IMG/VR virus record: IMGVR_UViG_3300046791_000324
Coordinates: 1-58,320 of that record
Source: a virus
Lineage: Duplodnaviria > Caudoviricetes
Length of the DNA stretch: 58,320 nucleotides
Reading direction: 5' to 3' (one strand)
Made by a program: the position numbers and the translations under genes. A model generated the notes under the pieces. It made no database searches. It was not told where the DNA came from and worked only from the letters and a program-made list of their open reading frames with translations. This document shows positions 25,891 to 36,997 of the stretch, one piece after another. The number at the start of each line of letters is the position of its first letter. The first letter of the stretch is position 1.

Positions 25891-26127
25891 ATGAAGAAAT
25901 TCTCAATCGTTTGGAAGTTGCGGGAAGCGGGTCGCGTGACCTTCCGCCGCGACCTCAATGCGGCAAGCATGGAGGAAGCCATCGCACTGTTCCGCCGCGA
26001 GGAGCGGCACGCTTTCATCGTTCGCTCGTATGAGTGGACGCCCATTGACCCGGCTCTGCTCGCCGGCCTGATGGGTCACCTGGAGCAGAAGGCAGTTGCG
26101 GACGGCTGGCGTTCGCTCGGAGACTAA
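25891..26127 (+). CDS. Early hypothetical protein
   Basis: Leaderless ATG; 5' end shared with the gene at 23961. Confidence 0.6.
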   Translation: MKKFSIVWKLREAGRVTFRRDLNAASMEEAIALFRREERHAFIVRSYEWTPIDPALLAGLMGHLEQKAVADGWRSLGD

Positions 26128-26321
26128 TCACATGATGCCCTCAAGCGTAATCAAGCACAAGGTCCGAATATCGCAAATGACGCCGGACGAGGCGCGCACC
26201 TACTTTTCCGCGCTCACCTACGAGAAGGTCCGCGACATGGAACGCCGGCACTGCGTGAAGCCTGGCACCTATTTTCGGCTCCGCGTGCCCGCGATGCCCA
26301 TCGGCAACCCCTGCGAATAAC

Positions 26322-26549
26322 ATGAGCGCAAAATTCAGAATCGTTTACACCATCGCCGGCTCTGGCCACGCTTCCGAGAAGGCCGCGCGCCGCGCGCTGC
26401 GTGGCCAGCTCGACGACCTGGACGAGTATGCGTCCGGCCAAATCACCAACAGCAACGTCACCGCGAAAATTCAGGAGCGCATCAAAATCTCCTACAGCGA
26501 CGAGCTGGACATGTTTATCTGGAAAGACCTGCCCGATGAAGCTACATAA
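26322..26549 (+). CDS. Hypothetical protein
   Basis: 75-aa ORF. Confidence 0.55.
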   Translation: MSAKFRIVYTIAGSGHASEKAARRALRGQLDDLDEYASGQITNSNVTAKIQERIKISYSDELDMFIWKDLPDEAT

Positions 26550-27018
26550 AATCAAACACGACCTGAAATCCACGCTCTGGTGCGGGCCTGCCGCGCTCAG
26601 CGCAGTGACAGGAGAGCCAACCTCTCGCATTCACGGAATCATCAAGGGGCTCCGCGGAAACGACAAGCCAATCATCGGCGTGAGAAACTCCGAGCTGGTG
26701 AAGGCCGCGCGCATTCTGGGCTTCGAGCTGGAGCCAATTTTTGACGCGTTCGCCGAGTGGCGCGCGATGCCCGCGTGTGGTCTCCCCTTGATTTATCCCA
26801 CGCTCGCGAAGTTCGTCCGCGTGAACCGCGACGCCCTCAAGGACCCGGTCATCATCAACGTCACAGGCCACTACGTCACCGTGCATCGGCGCACGTTCGT
26901 CGATAACAACGTCAACCCCGAGGGCGTCCGGCTGAAGACCGCGCCGCACCGTCGCTGCCGCGTGAAGCGCGCTTGGCGAGTCGTGCCTAAGTTGACCTTG
27001 ACCGAGCCCTCGTGCTAA
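26536..27018 (+). CDS. Papain/C39-like hypothetical protein
   Basis: WCGPAALS...GHYVTV...VD triad-like pattern. Confidence 0.5.
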   Translation: MKLHKIKHDLKSTLWCGPAALSAVTGEPTSRIHGIIKGLRGNDKPIIGVRNSELVKAARILGFELEPIFDAFAEWRAMPACGLPLIYPTLAKFVRVNRDALKDPVIINVTGHYVTVHRRTFVDNNVNPEGVRLKTAPHRRCRVKRAWRVVPKLTLTEPSC

Positions 27019-27028
27019 CGTCCCCGCA

Positions 27029-27268
27029 ATGAGCAAACAGAAATATCCTCAGAACAAAGCAGACGGCGCTTCGGTCCCTGGCCGCCGCCTCCGCACCGAA
27101 GGCTACAGCAACGCCACGCTGCACGCCAAGCGCGACCGCAAGCGCAGCGAGGCCGAGGCCCGGCAGCGCAGCTACAAGGCTCTCACGCGCGACGAGAAGC
27201 TCGCCCTGTGCGAAGACCGCCGCGGCACCAGCGCGCGCGAAGTGGCCCGCCTGCAAATCGCCGGTTGA
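27029..27268 (+). CDS. Small basic hypothetical protein
   Basis: 79-aa ORF after a promoter-like sequence. Confidence 0.6.
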   Translation: MSKQKYPQNKADGASVPGRRLRTEGYSNATLHAKRDRKRSEAEARQRSYKALTRDEKLALCEDRRGTSAREVARLQIAG

Positions 27269-27297
27269 CACCACGGCATAACCCAAACCTCTTTCGT

Positions 27298-27969
27298 ATG
27301 CCTTCATTCATCATTGGCTCTTTCAAGGTCCCCGGCGTGCCGGGCCCCGTCATCGTCGAAGCCCCGCTCGCCGGAGTGGGCAAGCAGGACTACGCGAACC
27401 TCCTCAAGGAGGTCCTCAAGCTGCACCCGAAAGTGTCGCCCGTGGACATCCGCCGGCTGGGCTCGACAATCGAGACCCGCGAAGAGGCCGCGCAGTTCAT
27501 CAATCCGTATCCCGGGATGACCCTGCGCCAGTTGTTCATCGACAACGCCACGGCGGACGGCAGCGGTGCGGAATGCTTCCGCGAAATCGGCACCGTCTTT
27601 TTCGAGGGCGCAGCGCAGGACGTTCTGCTCCGCTACATGCAGGACAAGGGCACCGTCGGACTCACGCTCAAGGACCGCATGACGCGCAACGCGACACGCT
27701 TTTCCAACCAGATGAACGCCGGCATCCCCGTGGAGAAACTGCCCGAGCTGATTTTGGAAATCCTCGGACGCGACGGTCGCGAGCTGGCCCTGCGCCTCAA
27801 GTCTCACGCCTCCGACCAACCCATCAAGCCGTCGGCACCGAAGCGCAAGCAGCAACTCGCGCCCGTGTTCACGCCGCCCGAACATCTCCCCGCGCCGAAA
27901 GCGCCGAAGACACCGCCCGCCGCGAAGCCGGCAGTGAAGACACCGGAGCCCGAAGCTCCCGCGAAGTAA
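27298..27969 (+). CDS. Hypothetical protein with a Pro/Lys-rich tail
   Basis: ATG 4 nt after class-II motif TTGACA-N17-CCTCTT (27265-27293). Confidence 0.7.
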   Translation: MPSFIIGSFKVPGVPGPVIVEAPLAGVGKQDYANLLKEVLKLHPKVSPVDIRRLGSTIETREEAAQFINPYPGMTLRQLFIDNATADGSGAECFREIGTVFFEGAAQDVLLRYMQDKGTVGLTLKDRMTRNATRFSNQMNAGIPVEKLPELILEILGRDGRELALRLKSHASDQPIKPSAPKRKQQLAPVFTPPEHLPAPKAPKTPPAAKPAVKTPEPEAPAK

Positions 27970-28401
27970 TGCACGCTTGCCTGACATACTCCGCGCACTT
28001 GCCTTGGAGAATCAACCAAGTGTGGCGCGACTGTCACGGGCATCGTTTCGTAGTCATCGCGTTCAACAAGCTGGGCTGGGCAATCCTGAAAATGATTTAC
28101 CCGTTCAACGGTAGCCCCGTGACCCAAAAATCTGTTCCCGAGAGCTGGCGTCTCGATGAGAACGCTTCCAACTGGAGGATGGTTTGACCCCTTTCTGCGC
28201 GAACAAAATCTGTCCGCTGCACAGCGTCGAAGTTCCCGGACCGGAGTTCGATTGCGCCGAGTTTGTTTCCTACAACGGGAACAAGGTCCGAACAAATCGC
28301 CACCGCATTCAGCGCGAGGACGGCGTCAGATTTGACCTGTGCTCCACATGCGCGTATGCTGTGGCCCTGGTGAACGAATCAAAACCCAAACAAGAACCAA
28401 C

Positions 28402-28794
28402 ATGAACGACACGACAAACGCCCCGACAGTCGTCGGCGACGACATCAGCCCCGACCTCAGCCACAAGAGCACCGTTGACCTGTTCGACCCGAAGGCCAAG
28501 CACACGGCGAAGCAACGCCGCGCCGCAATGCGCGCACGTCAGAGCAAAGTTTACGGACGCCCGCCGGCCAATGCGACGGAGAAGTATATCGCCAAGCTGG
28601 GCACGCTCACCATGCAACAGCTTGTGCGCCGCCTCAAGCAGGCCGCTCGCTGGTCCTCGCACTTCAAGCACGAAATCGCGCGCAGCGACACCTACGTGGC
28701 CGCGAAGCTGCGACCGCTGCACGACTTGGCTTTGATGCGCTTCGCGCGAGTGAAGACCGAAATCGAATTTCGCACTGAGCCGAAAGAAGTATGA
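28402..28794 (+). CDS. Hypothetical protein
   Basis: M(NDTTN) start with ATGA overlap. Confidence 0.55.
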   Translation: MNDTTNAPTVVGDDISPDLSHKSTVDLFDPKAKHTAKQRRAAMRARQSKVYGRPPANATEKYIAKLGTLTMQQLVRRLKQAARWSSHFKHEIARSDTYVAAKLRPLHDLALMRFARVKTEIEFRTEPKEV

Positions 28795-29225
28795 CGCTCG
28801 AAGAAATCAGAGAGCTTGTCCGGAACATCACGGTGCAGAACACGCTGATGATGGGCGGGGCAATCTTGGTCCGGGGCATGACTCAAGAGCAGTTGCTCGA
28901 AATCATTTTGCTGGCTCAGTCCAGACTCTGCGAATTGGAAAACAAACGCGCGTGCGACAACCCTCCAAACCCGTCGTGAACTCACCAGCACTCCGCGAAT
29001 ACCGCTCAGCTTTTTTCCGGACGATGGCAGAGGAACACGACCTCGAAATCGAATGGAACCTTCCGAGTTGGCTGCCTCCCGTATCCGACAAAAAATCTCC
29101 CCTGGGTCTGAACCCTTCGGGGCGTTCTCAAGGCCCGCCGCGTGGCAGGCATGGCATGACAGTGAGTGGTTCCTAACATGGCTCGCACTCGCAAACCAAA
29201 AACCTGAACTCCTACCAGAAATCAA

Positions 29226-29792
29226 ATGTCACTTCGCAAAATACTCTTCTGTGGCTACGGTCGCGCCGGCAAAGATGAAGCCGCAATCTTCCTCGGACGC
29301 ATCACATCTCTGAGCTACGCCGGCAGCTTTTCCTGGGCGGGCCTGCCGCACATGGCCAAGGTCCTCGGCGTGCATCCCTGCCAAGCCTGGGAGCAGAGGC
29401 ACCAGCAACGCCAGTTCTGGAAAGACGAGCTGGACAAGGTCCGCCTCACTGACCAGTGCTTCCTCGCGCGCCTTGTCATCGCCAGCGGAGACATCGCCGC
29501 CGGCCTGCGCGACATCGCCGAGATTAACGCGGTGAAGGCCGAGCATCTGTTCGACCGCATCGTCTGGGTGGACAGGCCCGGCAACGCCGTGGACCCGACG
29601 GTGACATTCTCTCCCGCGGACTGCGACGAGACCATTGTGAACGGCGGCACCCTGGCTGAGTATCACGCCACGCTTTTCGCCTGGGCAGTGGACAACGAGA
29701 TTCCCATCAAGCGCACGGACGAAACCGTCGCCCTTTTCCGCGCGTCGAAGTTTTATGCCTGGACCGACAGGCGCATCCAAAACATGCTGTGA
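29226..29792 (+). CDS. P-loop deoxynucleoside monophosphate kinase-like protein
   Basis: ILFCGYGRAGKDE, GLRD..E, IVWVDRPG, I.NGGTL. Confidence 0.7.
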   Translation: MSLRKILFCGYGRAGKDEAAIFLGRITSLSYAGSFSWAGLPHMAKVLGVHPCQAWEQRHQQRQFWKDELDKVRLTDQCFLARLVIASGDIAAGLRDIAEINAVKAEHLFDRIVWVDRPGNAVDPTVTFSPADCDETIVNGGTLAEYHATLFAWAVDNEIPIKRTDETVALFRASKFYAWTDRRIQNML

Positions 29793-30478
29793 AAATCGGA
29801 ACGAAGTCATTGCTGTTCGGCTGCCACCAATTTCTGTGGCACCCCATCACGGTCGCCATCGCCTACCGCCGGCTGTTCAAGCGGTGGCCTGACGCCGTCG
29901 GCTGGCTCTGCATCGCGGTCCACGACATCGGATACTGGGGCTGCGAAGACATCGACGGAGAGAAGGGCAAGCTGCACCCGCTGCTCGGCGCTAAAGTCGT
30001 GAGCAAAATCGTCTATCGTTTTCGCCGCTGGTTCTGCGGAGAATCGAAGCTCGCCTCCGCCCTAATCTCCGCAGAGGCCGCGCAGCGTTGCCTGTTTCAC
30101 AGCGGCTCACTCGCGAAGCTGTGCAACGAGACGCCCTCTGACATCTGCTGGGCCGACAAGTTTTCCATCTTCTGCGAGCCTGCTTGGTTCTACTTGTTCC
30201 GCATCACGCTCTCTGGTGAGGTCAAGGAGTTCGTCGCGCATGGCGTCGAATCGAAGCACGTCCCCGCCGGCTGCCCGCCGCAGCTCTGGCTCTACTGGTT
30301 CAAGGACTACCTGTGCAGCCGCAACGAAATCTTTTCTCTGCTGCAAAGCAACTCTGCGGTGCGTGAACAGCTTCTCCTACGATATAACCCTCGCGTGTTG
30401 AAAGGCTGGACAAACCAGTTTGAAAAAACTAATCGCGACGCTACTGCTCGCACTCACGCTAACGGCACAAGCAACTGA
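29789..30478 (+). CDS. HD-domain-like protein
   Basis: H...H...VHDIGYWG...HP...H...WADK. Confidence 0.6.
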   Translation: MKIGTKSLLFGCHQFLWHPITVAIAYRRLFKRWPDAVGWLCIAVHDIGYWGCEDIDGEKGKLHPLLGAKVVSKIVYRFRRWFCGESKLASALISAEAAQRCLFHSGSLAKLCNETPSDICWADKFSIFCEPAWFYLFRITLSGEVKEFVAHGVESKHVPAGCPPQLWLYWFKDYLCSRNEIFSLLQSNSAVREQLLLRYNPRVLKGWTNQFEKTNRDATARTHANGTSN

Positions 30479-30962
30479 ACCTGACCGCCCAATCATCCTC
30501 GATTGGCGCGAGCTGGCCAACTCTGTATCTGAATGCCTCCGATGGAAGATGTCTAATGAAGACAACGAAAAAGGTGTTCTGTTCGGTCCGGAGGACTCTT
30601 ACTACATTTCTCCGACGCAGAAGGACATCGAAGACATGGTTGTGTTCGCCATCGCACACAAGGAGTTCACACCCTACGTCGAAGAGGCCTGGGACTGTGA
30701 CAACTTCGCCCGCGAAGCCAAGCATTGGATGGACGTGTGGTCGCTCCGACACTACCGTCACAGCCGCTCGGCTATCGCCGTCGGCATGGCCTACGTGCGA
30801 TTGTCGGACCCGGATGGCGAGCTGCTGGGCTACCATGCGATGAACGTCATCCGCCGCAACGATGGACAGTGGTTTTTCTACGAGCCGCAGAACGGCCAAC
30901 TGATTCCCGTTGACGGGCCGCTCTCTGACGGCTGCATCACCGTTTTGCGAATCACAATGTGA
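30420..30962 (+). CDS. Exported transglutaminase/papain-like protein
   Basis: Signal peptide; WDCDNFA, HAMN, FYEPQ (Cys-His-Glu). Confidence 0.65.
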   Translation: MKKLIATLLLALTLTAQATEPDRPIILDWRELANSVSECLRWKMSNEDNEKGVLFGPEDSYYISPTQKDIEDMVVFAIAHKEFTPYVEEAWDCDNFAREAKHWMDVWSLRHYRHSRSAIAVGMAYVRLSDPDGELLGYHAMNVIRRNDGQWFFYEPQNGQLIPVDGPLSDGCITVLRITM

Positions 30963-32452
30963 ACATTGAAGGGCTCAAACCGCATCAGCCGAAGGCCGCC
31001 GAGCACCTGCTCGACTGCATCCGCCGATACGGCGCAGCCCTCGATGGTTCCGACATGGGCACCGGCAAGACCTACGTCGCCGCTGCCGTCCTGCGTGAGC
31101 TGGACCTGCCGACTCTCGTTGTGTGTCCCGAGGTCGCGCAGACAGGCTGGCGACGCGCCGCCGAGCACCTGGGCACCAGCTTCGATGTCATCAACTACGA
31201 AATGCTCCGGACCGGGCGCACGCCATACGGTCGCTGGCAATTCCCGAAGACCGGGCCCCTCAAGACCCGGCTGAAATGCACCGAATGCCAGTGCTGGGTT
31301 GAAGAGGACACGCCGCGCTGCCCCTACGGCGTCCACGGCATCCACTGCGTTGAGACCAAGACCATACCGCACAACTACGGGCGGTTTATTTTCCACCCCG
31401 GCGTGAAGGCCGCCGTGTTCGACGAGGTCCACCGCTGCAAGGCCACGGACTCACTCAACGCTGAGACCCTGATTGCCGCTCGCCGGCAGGGCCTACGCGT
31501 GCTCGGGCTGAGCGCAACTGCCGGAGACAGCCCCCTTGACTTTAAGGCGCTGGGCTACACCCTGGGGCTCCACGAACTGGACGAGGGCGTTCGCTTCTGG
31601 ACCTGGGTGCGCCGCTGGAACTGCCGCCCCTCGCCGCACGGCGGCTTCCGATTCGCCGGGGACGAGAACGAGCGCAAGCAAACGATGGCAAGGCTCAACT
31701 CGGAAATCTTCCCGGACCACGGCGTCCGCGTCCGCACGCAGGACCTGCCTGACTTCCCCGAGTGTCAAATCAACGCCGAGCTTTATGACCTGAACGAAGG
31801 GAAGGCAATCGAGAAGCTCTACGAGCAGATGGACGACTCCATCCGAGCCCTGCGTGACAAGGCCGCCGCCGACAAAGAGACGCATCTGACGCTCATCCTC
31901 CGGGCCCTGCAAGAGGTCGAGCTTTTGATGGTGCCCGTGTTCGTGCAGCTCACCGAGGACGCGAACGAGCAGGGCTACAGCGTGGTCAACTTCGTCACCT
32001 TCACGCAAACCTTGGATGAACTCTGCAAGAGACTCAAAACAGAATGCCGCATCGACGGCTCGCAAGTGGGGCCCGCGGGCCAGAAGCGCCGGCAGTCTTG
32101 CATTGACTCTTTCCAAGCTAACCGCGACCGTCGCCTTGTCTGCAACTCTGCTGCTGGCGGCGTGTGCATTTCTCTTCATGATGTCCACGGCGGTTTTCCT
32201 CGCGTTGGCCACGTTTCGCCTTGCAACTCGGCTGTCAACATCAGGCAGGTTTTCGGACGCCTCCCCCGCATCGGGTCCAAGTCCAAAAGCCTCTACCGCG
32301 TCGTCCTGGCCGCCGGCACGAGGCAGGAGAACACGCACCGAAGGCTGGTGACCCGGCTGAACCAGCAAGACGCCTTCAACGACGCGGACCTGTTCGCCTC
32401 AAATCTCCGTTTGACAGAAGGCGAGTTGAGTGATATTTTCTCGATGTTGTGA
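30959..32452 (+). CDS. SF2 (SNF2/DEAD-like) helicase
   Basis: DMGTGKT, FDEVH, LSAT, QVFGRLPR; Cys-rich insert. Confidence 0.9.
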   Translation: MNIEGLKPHQPKAAEHLLDCIRRYGAALDGSDMGTGKTYVAAAVLRELDLPTLVVCPEVAQTGWRRAAEHLGTSFDVINYEMLRTGRTPYGRWQFPKTGPLKTRLKCTECQCWVEEDTPRCPYGVHGIHCVETKTIPHNYGRFIFHPGVKAAVFDEVHRCKATDSLNAETLIAARRQGLRVLGLSATAGDSPLDFKALGYTLGLHELDEGVRFWTWVRRWNCRPSPHGGFRFAGDENERKQTMARLNSEIFPDHGVRVRTQDLPDFPECQINAELYDLNEGKAIEKLYEQMDDSIRALRDKAAADKETHLTLILRALQEVELLMVPVFVQLTEDANEQGYSVVNFVTFTQTLDELCKRLKTECRIDGSQVGPAGQKRRQSCIDSFQANRDRRLVCNSAAGGVCISLHDVHGGFPRVGHVSPCNSAVNIRQVFGRLPRIGSKSKSLYRVVLAAGTRQENTHRRLVTRLNQQDAFNDADLFASNLRLTEGELSDIFSML

Positions 32453-32459
32453 AACATCT

Positions 32460-32738
32460 ATGAACATCAGCTCTGAGAACAAACGAATCACCGTCACCGA
32501 CAACCCCGAGCTGGCTCTCACCGAGAACCAGAAGAAAGTTTTCGCGCACTGGGAGGCAGGCTTCGTCGCCCAGGCCTCCGGCGCGCGACTAGAGGACTGT
32601 CCGGTCTTCAACCGCTACGCTTACAAAATCCGCAAGCTGTGGCGTGAAGGCTGGCTGGCCGGCGCAGCCGTGGACCGCATCCAAGCGGGCTGGCTCGCGC
32701 CCTCACACAACCCAACCCAAGCAAATGCCATACGGTAG
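32460..32738 (+). CDS. Hypothetical protein (RMF-like CP...WREGW motif)
   Basis: AGF...DCPVF...LWREGWLAG. Confidence 0.45.
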   Translation: MNISSENKRITVTDNPELALTENQKKVFAHWEAGFVAQASGARLEDCPVFNRYAYKIRKLWREGWLAGAAVDRIQAGWLAPSHNPTQANAIR

Positions 32739-32931
32739 CAAGACAATCAAGAAGGGCCACGTCCGCGTGTTCAACAAAGACACGGGCCGCACCCTCGCCA
32801 AAGACACAACGCCTGAGAAGGCCGCCGCACAGAAGCGGCTGCTCGAAGGCATCAAACACAACCCGACGTTCGCCAGGAAAATCCGGGCCGAACACAAATC
32901 CTAAAAGACCTACAACCAGCGTCTGCGTGCA

Positions 32932-33888
32932 ATGCAAACTGACAACCATCTCTCATCCTATCCGTCCATCTACGCCATCGGGCACCGCTATCTCAACGAG
33001 CTGTTGAGTGGCCCAGTTGTCGTCGAAGAAAAGGTGGACGGCTCACAATTCTCAATGTGCCGACTGCCTTGCGGCCTGCTCCAAGTCCGCAGCAAGGGCC
33101 AGGAGATTCACCTGGGCGCGGTCCCTCAGCTTTTCAACCACGCTGTCTCCACCGCTCAGACGTTGGACCTGCACCCCGGCTGGGTGTATCGCGGCGAGTA
33201 TTTGCAGAAGCCGAAGCACAACACGCTCACCTACTCGCGCACGCCTGCGAAGCACGTCATCCTCTTCGACGTGATGACCGGGCCCGAGGTTTACCTCACG
33301 CCTCAGGAGAAGCGGGTCGAGGCTACAAGGTTGGACTTGGACGTAGTCCCCACATTTTTTGAAGGCGAGCTGCATGGGCTCATGGAGGACCGCAGGCCGA
33401 ATGCCACGGACTTCCTCGCCCATGACAGTATCCTCGGCGGCTGCAAGGTCGAAGGCTTCGTCGTGAAAAACTACAACCGCTTCGGCATCGACAAGAAAAT
33501 CCTCATCGGCAAGTTCGTGAGCCAGGAGTTCAAGGAACGCCACGGCGGCGAGTGGAAGAAAGCGAACCCCGGCACGCAGGACGTGGTGCAGAACCTCATC
33601 GTGCAGCTTCGCACCGAAGCACGTTGGCGCAAGCAGATTCAACACCTGCGCGACGCCGGCACGCTGACCGACACGCCGCAGGACATCGGGCCACTGATGC
33701 GCGAGCTGGCGACGGACCTGTTGAAAGAGGAAACGGACTTCATCCGCGACACTCTTTTCAATCACTTCATCAAACAGATTCAGCGCGGCGTGGCCGGCGG
33801 CTTCCCCGAGTTCTACAAGAAAGAAATCGGCATCGTCTCCGCACCTGAGTTGACGCCCGAAGTCGCGCCTGCTACAGTCACGCAATGA
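32932..33888 (+). CDS. RNA ligase (Rnl2-like ATP-dependent ligase)
   Basis: EEKVDGSQF (motif I), YRGE (III), LFDV (IIIa), EGFVVKN (IV), GKFVS..FKE (V). Confidence 0.85.
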   Translation: MQTDNHLSSYPSIYAIGHRYLNELLSGPVVVEEKVDGSQFSMCRLPCGLLQVRSKGQEIHLGAVPQLFNHAVSTAQTLDLHPGWVYRGEYLQKPKHNTLTYSRTPAKHVILFDVMTGPEVYLTPQEKRVEATRLDLDVVPTFFEGELHGLMEDRRPNATDFLAHDSILGGCKVEGFVVKNYNRFGIDKKILIGKFVSQEFKERHGGEWKKANPGTQDVVQNLIVQLRTEARWRKQIQHLRDAGTLTDTPQDIGPLMRELATDLLKEETDFIRDTLFNHFIKQIQRGVAGGFPEFYKKEIGIVSAPELTPEVAPATVTQ

Positions 33889-34449
33889 GCAAAAAAGGAA
33901 AAGTCGGGACCAGCGGTCGCGAAATCGCCAAGTCTCTGTGGAAGAGTGGCGAGCGACCGGAGACAGAAGCATACCGGGAAGAGTGCGCGAGGCGCGGTCT
34001 CCCCTCCGGGCTGGTCCCGGCTCCGCGGTTGCCCGAGCGCGAACGCAAATCACCAAGCCAAACATGAGGTTCCTTGTTGCCCTGTTAATCATTGTCGCAA
34101 CCATTGTCATTGCAGAGACCTTAATCTTTGCCGCGGTGTCGATGGTGCGAGACTTTTTCCTAAATTTATGAAACCCTGTCCAGACTGCGGACGAACTCCA
34201 TCCTGCTTTTTCGTGAAAGCCGTCGTGGCCCTCGTGTTCACTATCATCATCCTGGGGGGCACCATCGCTGTGTTGTGCCTATGAAATCAATTCTGCTGGA
34301 CCCAAAGGTCTTCAACTACGTCATCCTGACGTTGTATTTTCTCAACTCGATTCGCTGGGCGTTCGAGAAGAAACCGGCGGACGTGTGCTACTGGATGAGC
34401 GCCGCCGCAATCACCGCAACCGTCACGTTCCTCTACAAACACTAATCCT

Positions 34450-34668
34450 ATGGCCGACTCAAACAACAACTACTCCGGAGGCATCGGCCTCGGGGGCCTC
34501 GTCTTCACCGTGTTCCTCACCCTCAAGCTGACGCACGTCATCGACTGGTCCTGGTGGTGGGTCACCGCTCCGCTGTGGGGCGGCTGCGCCCTCGTGCTCT
34601 CCGTCTTCGCTGTCATCGCGATTGTGTGGGGCATCATCTGCGCGTTCGGGCTTTTCCTGAAAAAGTGA
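34450..34668 (+). CDS. Small membrane protein
   Basis: LKLTHVIDWSWWWVTAPLW motif seen in small phage membrane proteins. Confidence 0.75.
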   Translation: MADSNNNYSGGIGLGGLVFTVFLTLKLTHVIDWSWWWVTAPLWGGCALVLSVFAVIAIVWGIICAFGLFLKK

Positions 34669-34909
34669 AATACCGTATCGTCAAGAAGCCCTTCTGGTCC
34701 TCGTTATCCGGGGACGGATTCCGATTCCACCCGCAAGCAAAGTTTTTGGGCGTGTGGTGGGAACAGGCTGACTACGGCTGCCTGACGCTGGAGGACGCGG
34801 AGGATTTCATCCGGAGACTCCGGACGCCCGCGGTCCCGCCAGAAGTTGTGAAGACGTTTGCAGATTGACACAACGCACTTTTGCCACACCTGTTGAACAA
34901 GTAAATTGT

Positions 34910-36124
34910 ATGTCTGAACAAGTTGACAAGTCCGCCGCCGAAGTCCGTCTTCATCACCCCTACTCTCCTTCAACTCTCCAATGCCGAGAGGCCTGCCCGA
35001 AGTATGTCCCCACGCAGTCTGAGACCGAAGCGTCTATCATGGGCACGCTCCAGCATAACGCGGTTGAGTCTGACGCTGACGACAACCGCATTCCCGACTA
35101 CAAGGCCTTGGTTGTGGCCCAATGCAAGGACCTCGCGTTCGAGCGCATCGCGGCCTTCGGGCCCGGCGTCAAAGTAGTCCGCGAAATCTACCTGCCCGTG
35201 GACGACGAAGTGATGCCCATACCCGCAGAAAAGGGGCACGCCACCACCTTTTTCAAGGGCACCACGGGCGGCTACCTGGACCTGGGCATCATCAACGCCG
35301 AAGAGACGCACGCGGAAATCATCGACTGGAAGTTCGGCAAGAACGCGGTGACCAACGCCGAGGACAACCTGCAAGGCATCTGCTACATGTTGGGCCTCAA
35401 GAAAATCTATCCCAAACTCAAGACGTGCCGCGTCCTGTTTTTCCAACCCCCCATTGACCATGAGTCCGAGCACACTTTTGACATCACTGTTCCCGATTCG
35501 TATCTCCTACGTGTCCGAACTGTTGTTCTTCGGGCTGTGGAGGCGGCGCGAAATCCGGATGACTTTTCAATGGCGCGGGCGACGCTTGGGACCTGCCTTT
35601 TTTGTTCACTGGTGGGCAGGTGCCCGCGGGTTGCCGAGCTGGCAATTCAGGTGGGTAAAAAGTATGCGCCCCTCGCCGTCCCCGAAGACATCAACACCGT
35701 GACCCTGGAGGACCCCGTGCAGGTCTCCGTCGGCATGAAGCTGGCGCAAGTCGTGAAGCTGTGGGCCGAATCATTCCGCAAGAACGCGACTCAGAAAGCC
35801 ATCAACGACGAAGACTTCATCCCCGCCGGCTACGTGCTGGTGCCTGGGCAGCGGCTGAACATCAAGCACGCGAAGAAGGTCGGCGAGATTGCCAAACGCT
35901 TTTTGCCGCCCGAGCATCAGGACAAAGTCGAGGCCCTCTACGACATCACGCTCACGCCTCTCGACGAGCTGATTGAGCTGGTCGCACCGCGCGGCAGCAA
36001 AGAGAAAACTCAAGCAGCTTTTCGCGCCGCCTTAGTTGACGAGGGTGCTGCTGAGATGGGAAAATCCTATGCGTCGCTGAGAATGGCGACGGATAAAGAC
36101 TCGGGCAATAAAGCCGCGAGATAG
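34910..36124 (+). CDS. PD-(D/E)xK Cas4-like exonuclease (DUF2800-like)
   Basis: SPS..C..C, GTLQH, GYLD, IIDWKFG, NLQGICY, C.FC....C; class-II promoter at 34865-34894. Confidence 0.85.
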   Translation: MSEQVDKSAAEVRLHHPYSPSTLQCREACPKYVPTQSETEASIMGTLQHNAVESDADDNRIPDYKALVVAQCKDLAFERIAAFGPGVKVVREIYLPVDDEVMPIPAEKGHATTFFKGTTGGYLDLGIINAEETHAEIIDWKFGKNAVTNAEDNLQGICYMLGLKKIYPKLKTCRVLFFQPPIDHESEHTFDITVPDSYLLRVRTVVLRAVEAARNPDDFSMARATLGTCLFCSLVGRCPRVAELAIQVGKKYAPLAVPEDINTVTLEDPVQVSVGMKLAQVVKLWAESFRKNATQKAINDEDFIPAGYVLVPGQRLNIKHAKKVGEIAKRFLPPEHQDKVEALYDITLTPLDELIELVAPRGSKEKTQAAFRAALVDEGAAEMGKSYASLRMATDKDSGNKAAR

Positions 36125-36154
36125 TAAACCACAACCAAGAACACAAAGACCAAC

Positions 36155-36997
36155 ATGGCCAATGTATCGTTCAGCAAACCCGGGGTGCCCGACTCAGCGT
36201 CGGAACCAATCACCGCGGACACCGCAACCCCCAACGCAGTTCCCTGCGACACTGACGGCAATCCTACTTGCACCGACGTGGCCGCTCCGACCCCTGCGTT
36301 CCCATACAATGAGGACAACATCGGCTTCGCGGACATCCGCTTTCCGAAGTTGAAAGTCGTGCAGAAATCGAGCAGCCTCGCGGTTGCGTTCGACCTGGGC
36401 GAAGTCGTCCTCAAGGACCAGATTGCCATCTACACGCCGCCCGTCATCAAAGACGGTCAGCTCGTGAAGGCCGGCAGCGAACCCGTCACTCTCGTCTGTA
36501 TCGGCTTCCGCAAGGACCGCTACACCGAAGTGGTCCCCTACGGTTCGGATGCTCAGGGCATTCTGGCCAACTCACTCCAAGAAGTCGCGCGCGCCAACGG
36601 CACGCTCAACTACAAGGAGCACCGTGAAAAGCTGGCGGCCAAAATCCCGTCACGCGAGTTCAAGACGCTGGCGACGGCGTTGTTCCTCATCAAGAAGCCT
36701 GCCGACGTGCAGGACCCTGACCGCGTCCTTTTCCCGTTCGTGTGCGAAGACAGCCAGTGGGCTCTCGCCACGCTCGACATGAAGGGCGGGCTGTTCACGG
36801 AGTGCGCGCAGGTTCTCCGCCAGGAGAAGAAAGCGGGCTACCTCACCGCGGGCGGCTACACGTCGTTCCTCCACACCTTCGGCACCAAGCTGAAAACCTA
36901 CGGAACTGGCAACACCAGCTACGTCCCGGTTGTCAAGGCCGGCGCGAAGACCTCGGACGTGCTCCGCGCGTTTATCAAGCAAATCACGGGCAGCTAA
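36155..36997 (+). CDS. Putative ssDNA-binding/annealing protein
   Basis: DIRFPKLKVVQ..S motif; between the exonuclease and the polymerase; strong codon bias. Confidence 0.55.
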   Translation: MANVSFSKPGVPDSASEPITADTATPNAVPCDTDGNPTCTDVAAPTPAFPYNEDNIGFADIRFPKLKVVQKSSSLAVAFDLGEVVLKDQIAIYTPPVIKDGQLVKAGSEPVTLVCIGFRKDRYTEVVPYGSDAQGILANSLQEVARANGTLNYKEHREKLAAKIPSREFKTLATALFLIKKPADVQDPDRVLFPFVCEDSQWALATLDMKGGLFTECAQVLRQEKKAGYLTAGGYTSFLHTFGTKLKTYGTGNTSYVPVVKAGAKTSDVLRAFIKQITGS